64,000 nucleotides of DNA from Bispira polyomma (taxonomy: Eukaryota). The position numbers and the translations under genes are program-made. Below the pieces are notes generated by a model. It was not told the DNA's origin and made no database searches. It saw nothing but the letters and a program-made list of their open reading frames with translations. Location of the stretch: contig OZ287748.1 in the NCBI GenBank assembly GCA_965649765.1, positions 64,232,001 to 64,296,000 of the forward strand, given 5' to 3'. Shown one piece after another: positions 44,401 to 53,439 of the stretch; position 1 is the stretch's first letter; each line of letters begins with the position of its first letter.

Positions 44401-47400
44401 AAAAATTCATATATACTTCCCAAACCATACATTTTTTGAGATATCTATAGTTTTCGCACTTGCAATTTAACATATCTCAGTGTTAATAACAGAAAATGCA
44501 AATTTAAAGAATATGAAAAAAAATATATGTATTTCTGTTATTGGACTTTAAGTTTAAACGCAACTCCATGAAACTTTGGATTAAAGGTTAAAAATTTCTG
44601 CAAAAAAGTGTCCCCAATGGGAAGAGAAATCTGGGTCATACATGAATTTTACAGCATTCTGTAATGGGGGTAGATGAATACAACAACAAAATATATGTCC
44701 GTTAAAGTGGTGGTGTAGATATTTAGGAGCAAGATTTATTTAGCATATTTAGCCAGACGCAACACTCAAATTTCAATATTTAGGCCATCTATGCTAAAAA
44801 TCAAACTGCTAAAGCATCCGCTTTAAATAATTTGTCATATATGAACTTATATTGTATTAAGTAGCTTTGAATTTGGAGAAACGAAGCCGAAAATCTATAT
44901 CCTAGATTATCACGCAAAAATCTTTAGCAGTTACTTAAATTTACTAGAGACTTTCTAATATCTTTTAAGGTTGTATTAGCCTAATACATTTTATTTCCTT
45001 TAAATTAATTTTTATTTGTATTTTCATAATTACAGAGCCCCAATTAACATGTTGCGTAATATTACCATGTATTAATTATCATGATTTGTTTCTTTTGAAG
45101 TATACCTTTTGGTAAATCTATATAATGCCCCATAGTGCTCAAAAGGGCGAAACAGGCTAGACATTTCCGTCTAATCTGCTCCACAATTTAATGGAATCTT
45201 CTTTGTGTAATCCAAGGGACCGACCAACCCGCCAACTAACCAAATGGTCTACTGGCAAATCATAACCTTCATCCTAGATGTAAGTAATGTATAGGCTATT
45301 ATAGAAATGACTTAAATAATTATGGGAAATTTAAATTTAAAAATAACATCACTTGTTTTTATAAAGAAACTGAATTTGTAGTTAAGTGTTTTTGAAATGA
45401 GTAATATAGATGTTCACTGGTTCCAAGTGATTAAATTCCTTGAAAGCAGGTTGCAGAATTTTAATTAAATGCCTGATTTCCCTCCACAAAAACCAAGTAC
45501 AATAAATCAATAAAAAATACAACCAGCTGAACTAATATATTGTCTCTTTAAGTTCATGTAAAACAAACCTGTGTTGCTTTAAATCTTGATAAAACATGTT
45601 AAATCTTGTTATAGAGTAAACCTGATTTAGGATCTATTTCCTTGGGGTTTACATTCTCTCAGACCCTTGTTCTTTGATACTCATTCTTTATAATTAAGTC
45701 TAATTCAGAGGTTAGGGTGTAGTAGTCTGCTGTAGTCACTACTAACAATAGGGTTTAAATGACCTATACATTGAATTCTATTACATAGAGGTAGGGGTTT
45801 GACTGTCTATGCTATAAATCGAAATAATGCCAGTAATTTTAAGACTAAAGGACCTGATGAATAAACCAATCAAAGTTCATTACAACTGTAATCTTATCCA
45901 ATCAATTTCCATTAGTTATCACCTGATAGAGTAAATGTAGGTCAGTGAGAAACTACATATGGTCTTGTTACTGTGTGACAATGAGACACATATTGATGAA
46001 GAATGGTAGTACAATGTTGTGAAGTGATGCACAGTGTTTTTCTGTTGTTTATAATTTCGAAGTGAGCAGTTATTTTGAATATTCTTTCCACTTCATTGTC
46101 ACGGTATAGCTCTTATAAATCTGTTTAACTAGGTTACACTGAATGTGATATATAACTATATGCAAGATAACTAAGGTTATTAAATTCTGAAACTTTAAAG
46201 CAATTTATTTTTGTTGACATTTGTTTACCAGGGTAATACAAATTCAAAAGTTTTGCTAATGAATTTAAATTTCACGATTTAAACATTAATCGGCTAAAAT
46301 GGTAAGGTTTTGGGGGAAGGCATTCTTTTTTGTAAATGGAAGTGCTATAAATATACCACTTGGGTCAAACAAATACCAATTGTCAAATGGTATTTATTGA
46401 TTTATGAAGTACAGGGTTGGCAGGTTTTTGACGACCATGGTTAAAACAGGTTTTTAACGCCAAAGTGTCAAAAACGTCAAAAACCCCTACCCCAACTAGA
46501 AATGTCAAAAACTGTTAAAATGTCCTCATTAAGTAAAAATTTACTTGTGAAAAATAAATATTGAGTGTAGCCAAAAACCCTGAGTTAAAAAAAAGGCAAG
46601 AAATGTGTGTAAAAAAAACCTAGTTAACTGCAGTATATAGTGTCAAAAACATCCAAATTTAATCAGAAATATATTGAAAACACTGTAACACTAAAAACAC
46701 TCTTTTGTATTACAAATATCTCAAAATAAGTTAAAATACAACAATTGTGAGACATTTTAAGTCAGGCTACTTATGTTTAAGTGATAAGCCTGCAAAATGT
46801 ATTCCTAATCCCCTCTGCCTGTAGACACAATCAGATGATTCAAGGACAAAAGCCCCCCCCCCCCATTTTCAAGTTGTGGCAAAAGCATTTCCTACATAGG
46901 AAAAATGTCCCCCCCCCCCTACAACAAATATATGTAAGAAGTAAATCTTGACTGATTTTATGAATTTTTATTTATTAGTTTTCAGTATTATCGATTGAAT
47001 TATAATAATCCTGATTACAATAATTATTAAACCTCATTGCGTGGTTATTAGTATCAAAGACAAAAAGGGTGACTTATGATAAAAGCTTTGAAGTGGAGGG
47101 TGAGAAGTTATGAGTAGAAAAGAGGGTTTTTGATAGTTTTTGACGGTTTAAACCAGTTTTTGACGGTTTAAACCTAGTTTTTGACGCTGTCACGTCAAAA
47201 ACAGGTTTTAGACGTCAAAAACCCAACCCTGATAAAGTAAGGTTCCCCTGTGTCAGACTAATGATTAAATAATCCAATACCATTACATATAATAATACAA
47301 TATACTCACCACTTCACCTATTTAAAATTATATTAGGGTTAGGGCTGGATATATGTTCTTCTAAGGATATAACATATAGTCACATAACTAGGTTTACTTC

Positions 47401-50400
47401 AATCAGTAAGTCCTTTATGTTATATCAACCTCTATTATTGACTCTAAGCAGTTAATGTTGTTGCCATCATATAACAAGACATTCTTTATCCTTTGTTCTT
47501 TGCAGAAAAGACAGTCCCTATATGTTCTCTGTCCAAGTTTATGGTACACTACTACTTTCAAACTTTAATCACCTGGGGGTAGGGGATGGGGATGGGGTTA
47601 ACCTTCAGAAACTATCTGTATATCTGTACTGATTGGGAGGATTTGGACAAAAGCTAGTGTGAGTGATGGATAACTCCCTGGACATATAGTCACTAAAGTA
47701 TAGATCTCAAGTCCACAAATCACCCTGGTCTTCAAACGAGGCTTTTACTGCAAGATGAGTTGATGTACATAGTTTATCTTGGAGATATAATTCTATTGAT
47801 GTTTAAAACTTTAAACTCTGGTTCCCTGGTCCTCTGGTTATCTATTTACTCATTGGTTTAATTATACTGAGATGTACTTTGTATAATTAAACCAAGTCAA
47901 GACAAAGTATTGACTTTGTCCAGTCCCAAAGGGGATACTTGTCATTTCAAAACCAAACTTTATTATGATTTAGATAGATTAGGTTCAACATGGTCGTTTC
48001 ATATAACATAAAAATGCTCTAACACTAGGCCACAATATTAAGTACAGAAGTAAATGTCAGCCTCCCCAGGAGTGACTTACCTCTCCATTAAGTCCAAGGT
48101 CACCGTCTATAGCCACCACCCTGACTACAGAACTCCCCACTGGCAGGTTCTCTGGCACATGAGCATGGTAAGTGATATTCTGGAAGAGAGGAGGGTTGTC
48201 ATTGGTGTCTTCTACCTCAATGTACACATCCATCACACCAGTCCTGAGTTGGACCAAAAACAACATGGTACATGTATGGTATTGTGGTATGACATCCTGT
48301 ACAACATCTTCTAATTCTAGTATTCTTTGTCAGGACAAACGAAGGCAGCATGATGACAGCCAGATAATATGGGGAAATGTTTCTTATACTATTACACCAC
48401 ATACATATTCAACACATTTGTCTACCTTTATCTGGTATTCATAGCACTAATTAACCTTTTCTTGGCCGTTCAACCAATCAGCACCAGCAACAAACTTTGG
48501 GATGACCTATTCTTTGGCCTGCCACTGGGGATAGAAGCCACTAATAAAAGACCACAATAAAAAATCTGTGGCCATCCAAAACTACTATGTATCTGCCTGT
48601 AATTAGGAATCACACTGATATTTTTTGCAACACTAAGTGAGTATATTATGCACCCGATCACAGTGGCAGAAATATGGGAAAAAACGACTGTTACAAGCAT
48701 GCACCCATACAACCTTTTACAGGAAGAGTGTAGAAATATTACCTGTGTGACTACTGAATCAACTTAACACTAAGCATGCTTGTTCATAAACATAAGACAG
48801 TTATTAAGTAGAGCGAAACAACTGACCACATAAAGAGACATTGCAATAGATATGCAAGTTTGAAAAAGCTGTGTTTTAAATGTACAGTATAATACATTTC
48901 CCTTCTATCATCCAAATAATCAATCTTATTACAATTTGTACCTATACCAATTATGTGTCATATTATTATACCCAAAACTTTCTATTTTTCAAGACCATTC
49001 TAAAAACTAAAGAAGCCTCGCTCTTCAAACTTGCTTGGGTAAATCAGGGTCATCCGTACTGTTGATATTAAACATGTTTGGATAAAACAGCTTTGTTTGT
49101 ACTGCTGATATCAGTCACTGAAAACTGCAGAAGCAATTCTGCTATTTGGCTTAACACCAGCAAAAGAAATCTATTTCAACTCTAGTAGGTTTTCTACGAA
49201 AGGTGACATGTGGCATTGAGTGTAAATAGAATTCTGTACAAAATGGGTAGCCGATGGTAGGTCTTTGAAGCAGTGACTAATGTTGGTACATCTGATAGCA
49301 TTGCAGAAGATATCCATATGCAAATAATTCTTTAGACTGGAGGTGGTCCATATAGGCATTATAGAGCCAATGTGTATTGTATACGTATATCATATAATTG
49401 AGTAATGGTTGACAGATAACAATCATAGAAACTTTTTGGGAAGGAATAGGGTACGTTTTTCCGATAATATTCTGCGACATGTTGGAAACTTAGATAACAG
49501 ATAGATAGTTTATTTATTAATTCATAACAATGCATAAGTAAAGTAATACTGAGCTTTCTACCCGGATTCTAGTCCGGATTCTTGTTCTCAATAGATAAAC
49601 AAGGTCAGTCTAATAATCATTTGTGTGGACTTAAGACATATGTACAACGACAAGAGACTTAAAATATTCAGTAAAAGAGATAAAGGCATCACTTATTGTT
49701 GACTAATACTTTTATTTGCATAATTAGAGCAAGTTAATGGCTACTCTTTGTGGTGTTGTCCCGCTGATATTGTAGTATTATGTAGTATTACTGTAGTATT
49801 ATTGTAAACATGAACTTTATCGTCAGAGTCATATAGTACAGAGTATAAGAGTGTATTTTAGGATTTCGCACATCAGTTTTGACAATTTGACCTAAATGTA
49901 GTACTCTTAATGGTTCTAAATAGCACTCGTGTGACATCCATTATGCAAAGGGCTAGTAGCAAACATTCATATCTCTGGAGACAGACCAATAAACTGTTCA
50001 CCCCATGTGACCAGAAAGTGAGACTTATTGCAACATTGTGTGAGTTAAAGTCTGTTTTTTAGCAAATTCTAAGCAACTTCTATTTTTGACGTTCATAGGG
50101 ATGGTGAATCCATAGAGACATAGCAGTTTGAGAAATATTTACATGTCTTAAGCCAACAATTAACACTTACTTTGGAGCTACAAATATTTTGTCATCTGTG
50201 ATATTCGGTTTGCAGCCTATTCGTAAAAGAATCTTGCCTATTATATTGAACTCCCTATGACAATCCTCTTTCTTGTCTTAAAAAAACATGGTTTTGTCTA
50301 ACTTTAGATAATAAAATGATGAAGCAATATCATTTATACCCAATACGCCCCCAAAAATCATGCAATACAGAATCTCTTCAAAGCGTTGAAAAGACTTTGG

Positions 50401-53400
50401 AAAACACAAAAAAGACTTGACAATCTGTCACTGGCATACTGTGTGTGCTGACAATATGGACTCATGTAGTGTAAAATTCCTGGCCTGTACCAGTAAAAGA
50501 TGTGTCCTCCACCCACTGTTGGCTCATGCATTAGTTATCAAGCAAAAAACCCTCCTTCACCAGAGAATGCTAACATTAAATGACAAAAAAAAAACCCTAC
50601 ACTGTCTTCAGACTTCTTCAGAAAGCTACTGGTGAACAAAAAACAAAAGAGGAGATTTTTCTCAAGCGGAAGACAACAAGGAATTTTAAATCAACCCCAC
50701 ACAAAGAGTATATTCAAGGTTTTGTAGCTTGGTGTCTGAAGGAGTAAAGTTAATGTCCTTCTAGATGAGGCAACTATGTTTGACAGATAAATGGTATTTA
50801 TAAGGATTTACATTAAATTGATGAAGCATGACAGTGCTGGCTTTATTTTCTTCTAAAAGTTTGATTTCAATTTTTCAGTAACTTTGACTTTTAATTTTTT
50901 AGAGCGTAGTCTATTATTTCAGTATAAATTAGATTTCACATATCAAAAGAAATTAAGCCTTCTACAAGTAAAATAGAGATGTGTGTTCTATTTTTTATAA
51001 AGGATAACTTTGCTGAATTGATTTCAGTTTTAGCCCTTAAAAGATTAAAAAATATCAGGCTTTATACAGCAGACATTGTAGATGAAATTGTTTCCCTACC
51101 TTGGCCTTGGTGCCCCATCATAACACGTGATCTTTAGATGGTACCGATCCCTTTCTTCTCTGTTAAGGTGGGTTTGTAACAGCAATCTCAGCTCTGTGGA
51201 TTTGTCAATCTTTTGGTTTGTCTATATAAAACAATTACAGAACAGACGAGCAAAATAAAAATAGAAGACGAAGACAAACACCTACTTATTAGGATCCAGA
51301 TTAAGAAATGTGTCATTTGTTAGGCAGTTACTTCAGAAGATTATTATCAAACAAAAAACCTATGCATAACATTAACCATCCAACTCAAATGTGGAACAGC
51401 AACAGAAACCAGGCCTGAAAACCGAGTACTTAAATGGTTTAATAGTTCTATATTTGAGGTGATATTTTCAGGTGTTAACCTCATCACCATGACTAAAATA
51501 TTTAGAATGTACAGCACAGAGCACATATTTATTTGCATTGTTTCCCAGCAATAAGACATAGATATGAAGAGTCAATGGTACATGTACATCTAGGTTTTGC
51601 TTTTCTGTCACATAAATCACGGTATGTAGGTCACAGGTTGGTGGGAAGGGGGTAATCAACTGTATTCACTCCGTGGAGGACATCACTTAACTAATTTGAA
51701 CATGTGGCTCACTTTGTGGCCTTGTGTCAGTGTATGGTGGGGAGAGGAGGATGAGGATCAGGGAGGGGGGGGGGGGAGTGAGGGAAGGGGAGAAGCCAAA
51801 GCTGCAAAGATGACAACTAGAACAGAAAAGTGATGAAAAGCTGGCAGAGACATATCTCCTTTGATACAGAGTAAAGGAGAGGGATGACTTTAAAAAGCTA
51901 AAACTGACTAATTATTTAGCTTGTTTCTATTCAGATACCAAAAAAATCCACAGAGAAGTAAGTATCCCAAACAGCATTGCACCTTCATAAACCAATTTTA
52001 TGACTTCAAGTGTATCCCCCCTTAGGTTTTAGTAGCAACACTATCCAGTTTCTACTCTCTACAAATTCTTGCTAAAAGCCAAAATTGCATTTACAGATAT
52101 TAGTAAAAGCAGATGTCTCAGATGGCACTTATTAATGTGACAATTCTAGAAGCATCTATCATACCGTGGTGCTGCTGAGGGGGAAAACATAAAATGGGGG
52201 CATATATATCATTGCCATTGGTGATTTCCTTCTCTAAAAAAAAAAGTGAAGGTAATTTACTTAGAAATAGCTATTGCAGAAACTGCATTGAATGCTAATA
52301 TGGCGTGTATAATGATAATAACTTCTCTTGATGTCTGGGTGTAATGTGTCTACATACAGATCAGGTCACCCGTGTAGAGTCAGATAATTATGTTAGATAT
52401 CTTTTGTTGTCTGACACTTTGCCAACATTTGGCCTTTTTATGGAAAAGTAGTTATTTTATTTCACTAATAGCTGTGAAAAGATTATAGAAATAATATATA
52501 GCACTTGTATATCAACATATGGACATATATTAATTACAAACAGGATGAGAACACAAAGGAAGAGTAATAGAAAGCAAGACTTAATAAAAAGGGACTGTAT
52601 GTCATATACATATTCCATTCCATAAGTGAAATAAATGTATAGAACTCAAATATGCAGAGGACATTTATTAAATATATACAAGAAAATGAGTATTTCTTAT
52701 ATTTCAACAATCTTATAACAACTGAGGTACCACCAATCCAAGATTATAGAAGAATATATCCTACCAGCAGTTTAAAGGTTTCACTGTCATCTAGTGAGAT
52801 CATGCTGTACCTCTTGATGCCATATTGGGGACTATCCAGGTCCTTAGCAGCAGGGAGCATGAGTGTATGTTGTGGTAGAGCAGACTCCAGGATGCGGTGA
52901 GTCATCTGCTGCTGGGGGAACTCTGGGGAGTTATCATTCCTGTCAAGCAGTTTGATATTCACCTTGATGATCTCCAGGTACTGCACGGGCCGGATGGCAA
53001 TATCCAATTTTATAAGGCAATCTGGTTTCGAAGGACATATGGAATCCCTATCCACCCTCCCAGACACAGTCAACTCGCCCGTGACGTCATTGACCACTAG
53101 GTTCACCCCAGGGTTAGTTAAAATCTGAAACCTTATGCTTTCAAGTACACTGGTGTCACGGAGTCTTTGAGCTATCTGAGAATCTTCCTTAATATCCCCG
53201 ATCAAGGTCCCCGTCCTCTCCTCTTCGTACAAGGTATACTTCAGTTCAACCTGATCTTTGTTCAGGGCAACTGGACTGCAACAGAGTAAGATTAGCAAAA
53301 GCATGGTCCAAGGCAGTCTAGAGGGGCTGCAGTGATGGAGTAGCTCTTTCATCAGCCCCTCTGATTCCTGGCCTCTTCGGGGACTATTCCGCCGCACACC

Positions 53401-53439
53401 GTAAACCCTGATATTCCTTTTATAATATCCACCATCCAT
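2209..53439 (-). CDS. Pcdh: Whole spliced gene: 7-EC, intron-rich, non-clustered/delta-like protocadherin. Exons: 53439-52765, 51221-51100, 48243-48081, 29405-29147, 21250-21009, 19509-19264, 16207-15098, 3831-3612, 2699-2209 (1175 aa from first ATG)
   Basis: Exon lengths 675+122+163+259+242+246+1110+220+491=3528 nt join in one frame through GT-AG introns (phases 0,2,0,1,0,0,0,1). Six DxND[NHS]xP linkers delimit seven EC repeats. EC1 has the protocadherin C-X5-C motif and no Trp2. TM helix and CM1-like motif present. Symbol is family-level only. Confidence 0.93.
3246..3658 (-). repeat. Tandem array (about 77-80 bp unit, 3 good plus degenerate copies) built from the 3' end of exon 8 and its donor
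   Basis: TCACTGATATGTACT.ACCTA.TCTGTTTATATCTACATAA...CTCTTCACTT recurs with boundaries at 3612, 3535 and 3455; decayed copies reach about 3246. Confidence 0.9.
3612..3831 (-). CDS. Protocadherin coding exon 8 (cytoplasmic, CM1-like motif)
   Basis: tttcag|FAIPNRYVSHPP...DKDSIHSGDGSNTDSGRGPSEEGE...NRI-G|gtcagt. 220 nt, phase 0 to 1; GC-rich relative to flanks. Confidence 0.85.
6586..6839 (-). mobile_element. Full-length tRNA-derived SINE with target-site duplication
   Basis: Minus strand starts GGGGCCGCGGTGGCCTAGTGG (A box), has GAGTTCGACTC (B box) and an (AAATTC)n tail. TSD TACATACATCAAAGAA at 6570-6585 and 6840-6855. Confidence 0.88.
7235..7540. repeat. Old direct duplication, period about 190 bp
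   Basis: GATTCCTTGAA...AAGGCTAATATCATC.GCAC...GAAGAATCTACAATA..TTACTC at about 7268 and 7459. Confidence 0.7.
7960..9020 (-). mobile_element. Degraded Tc1/mariner-like transposon remnant
   Basis: A minus frame at about 8710-8460 reads GQKIAEQFNYSMLTVRRVRQRQRPTSSHKRFPGGGVSRKT, resembling the Tc1 HTH and GRPRKT linker. Downstream are RVSTKPVGRYF and LQYGGG (KHGGG-like). TA-CAG terminus near 9019. Recognised by eye; boundaries approximate. Confidence 0.5.
8579..8893. repeat. Recent direct tandem duplication (2 x about 155 bp)
   Basis: 8579-8731 and 8735-8893 are nearly identical (one substitution and two small indels seen). Confidence 0.92.
9761..9919. mobile_element. Old MITE with 17-bp imperfect TIRs
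   Basis: CATAGGCAGATCCAGGG ... CCCTGGACCCGCCTATG (15/17 inverted match); no TSD recognisable. Confidence 0.55.
14747..14959 (+). mobile_element. Older tRNA-derived SINE related to the 6586-6839 copy, with TSD
   Basis: Shares ATCACT.G.CTCTCACCTCTG, GTTTCCTCCA and the AAATTCAAATTC tail. TSD TTCTAGATTAT at 14736-14746 and 14960-14970. Confidence 0.75.
15098..16207 (-). CDS. Protocadherin coding exon 7 (EC5 end, EC6, EC7, TM, juxtamembrane tail)
   Basis: tttcag|VKFTVSASDHG...IEDVNDSPP...VEDANDNKP...; TM FTIVMSLTCACIGLSVILIAVIVFI then RRKEKQKK and YNCR; donor AAG|GTGAGC. 1110 nt, phase 0 to 0. Confidence 0.94.
18941..19345 (-). repeat. Tandem array (about 117-119 bp unit, about 3.5 copies) built from the 3' end of exon 6, its donor and a (GT)n/G linker
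   Basis: CCTGCTGCATCTGT...TGTTATCACACC...CAGGTAT recurs with exon-end boundaries at 19264, 19147 and 19028, plus a partial copy at 18941-18990. Confidence 0.93.
19264..19509 (-). CDS. Protocadherin coding exon 6 (EC4 end, EC5)
   Basis: cttcag|VSVTDINDHSPSF...IVENNPEG...ATDADTGDN...KLDREQMQQ|gtttgt. 246 nt, phase 0 to 0. Duplicated donors lie downstream (see findings). Confidence 0.9.
21009..21250 (-). CDS. Protocadherin coding exon 5 (EC4)
   Basis: ttttacag|AA..., (E)HTPAGAFVAHISVTDRDSGRNG...ALDREVQARY...CRDGG...REIP|gtaagt. 242 nt, phase 1 to 0. Confidence 0.93.
23474..23560 (+). mobile_element. tRNA-like SINE head (second family); related fragments near 29690-29760, 38350-38400 and 42700-42760
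   Basis: A box TGGTCTAGTGG and B box GGTTCGATTCC with tRNA-like spacing but no convincing cloverleaf. Confidence 0.6.
26422..26450. repeat. (TG)14 microsatellite
   Basis: Direct reading. Confidence 0.95.
28130..28635 (+). mobile_element. 3' fragment of an L2/CR1-group LINE
   Basis: KKLHCLQIEFCIKLK...KTVNAQEPAYLSSML...GSKSFKVPAPVKWNNP...FRKKHKTNLY matches the ORF2 C-terminal pattern LHWLP..RI.FK / AP.YL / G.RSF...AP..WN.LP / F...LKT.LF; short 3' tail follows. Confidence 0.72.
29147..29405 (-). CDS. Protocadherin coding exon 4 (EC3 end, EC4 start; not in ORF track on this strand)
   Basis: tgtag|VEYSFISYTTESYGQVFRIDSVTGIIKIKRPLDHERESSYTLAVSARDKGPNSVRTETTVRVIVIDVNDNAPNITVNLLQKYAHVQ-G|gtaagt. 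259 nt, phase 0 to 1. Confidence 0.93.
31832..32157. repeat. Degenerate tandem repeat, about 2.3 copies of 130-155 bp
   Basis: TTGATGTA...CAACT, GAGCACATTTTCT, TAGGATTACTT and GACATATTTATGTGA each recur in order. Confidence 0.75.
33025..33256 (+). mobile_element. Helentron-associated/DINE-like non-autonomous element; related pieces near 10855-10900, 20050-20090, 27470-27550, 29765-29990, 35130-35230, 45130-45285
   Basis: CACT.AGTA.AGTGCA.A.CT.CGCCAAG head, (ACAA)n tract and terminal hairpin CCCCTTCGGCGGAGG shared among copies. Family name from recall. Confidence 0.5.
46412..47231. mobile_element. hAT-type non-autonomous DNA transposon (MITE), 820 bp
   Basis: TIRs CAGGGTTGG...CCAACCCTG; 8-bp TSD ATGAAGTA / ATAAAGTA (7/8); many subterminal GTCAAAAAC / GTTTTTGAC motifs at both ends. 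Confidence 0.85.
48081..48243 (-). CDS. Protocadherin coding exon 3 (EC2 end, EC3 start)
   Basis: ctcag|G ACT..., TGVMDVYIEVEDTNDNPPLF...VPENLPVG...AIDGDLGLNGE|gtaagt. 163 nt, phase 2 to 0. Confidence 0.93.
51100..51221 (-). CDS. Protocadherin coding exon 2 (EC2 middle; not in ORF track)
   Basis: ttttatatag|ACA... reads TNQKIDKSTELRLLLQTHLNREERDRYHLKITCYDGAPRP-AG|gtaggg. 122 nt, phase 0 to 2, exactly bridging exons 1 and 3. Confidence 0.92.
52765..53439 (-). CDS. Protocadherin coding exon 1: signal peptide, EC1, start of EC2
   Basis: MLLLILLCCSPVAL signal; KYTLYEEERTGTLIGD; RVDRDSICPSKPDC; LLDRNDNSPEF; AKDLDS. Donor CTG|GTAGGA, phase 0. Start ambiguous (ATG at 53439, 53352 or 53304). Confidence 0.92.

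Noticed and set aside
15098-52765. Dscam-like or clustered-Pcdh-like mutually exclusive exon arrays in the large introns
   Set aside because: I found no extra full-length cadherin exon copies by eye, and in-frame skips would not remove whole EC repeats; a tblastn of each exon against the introns would settle it.
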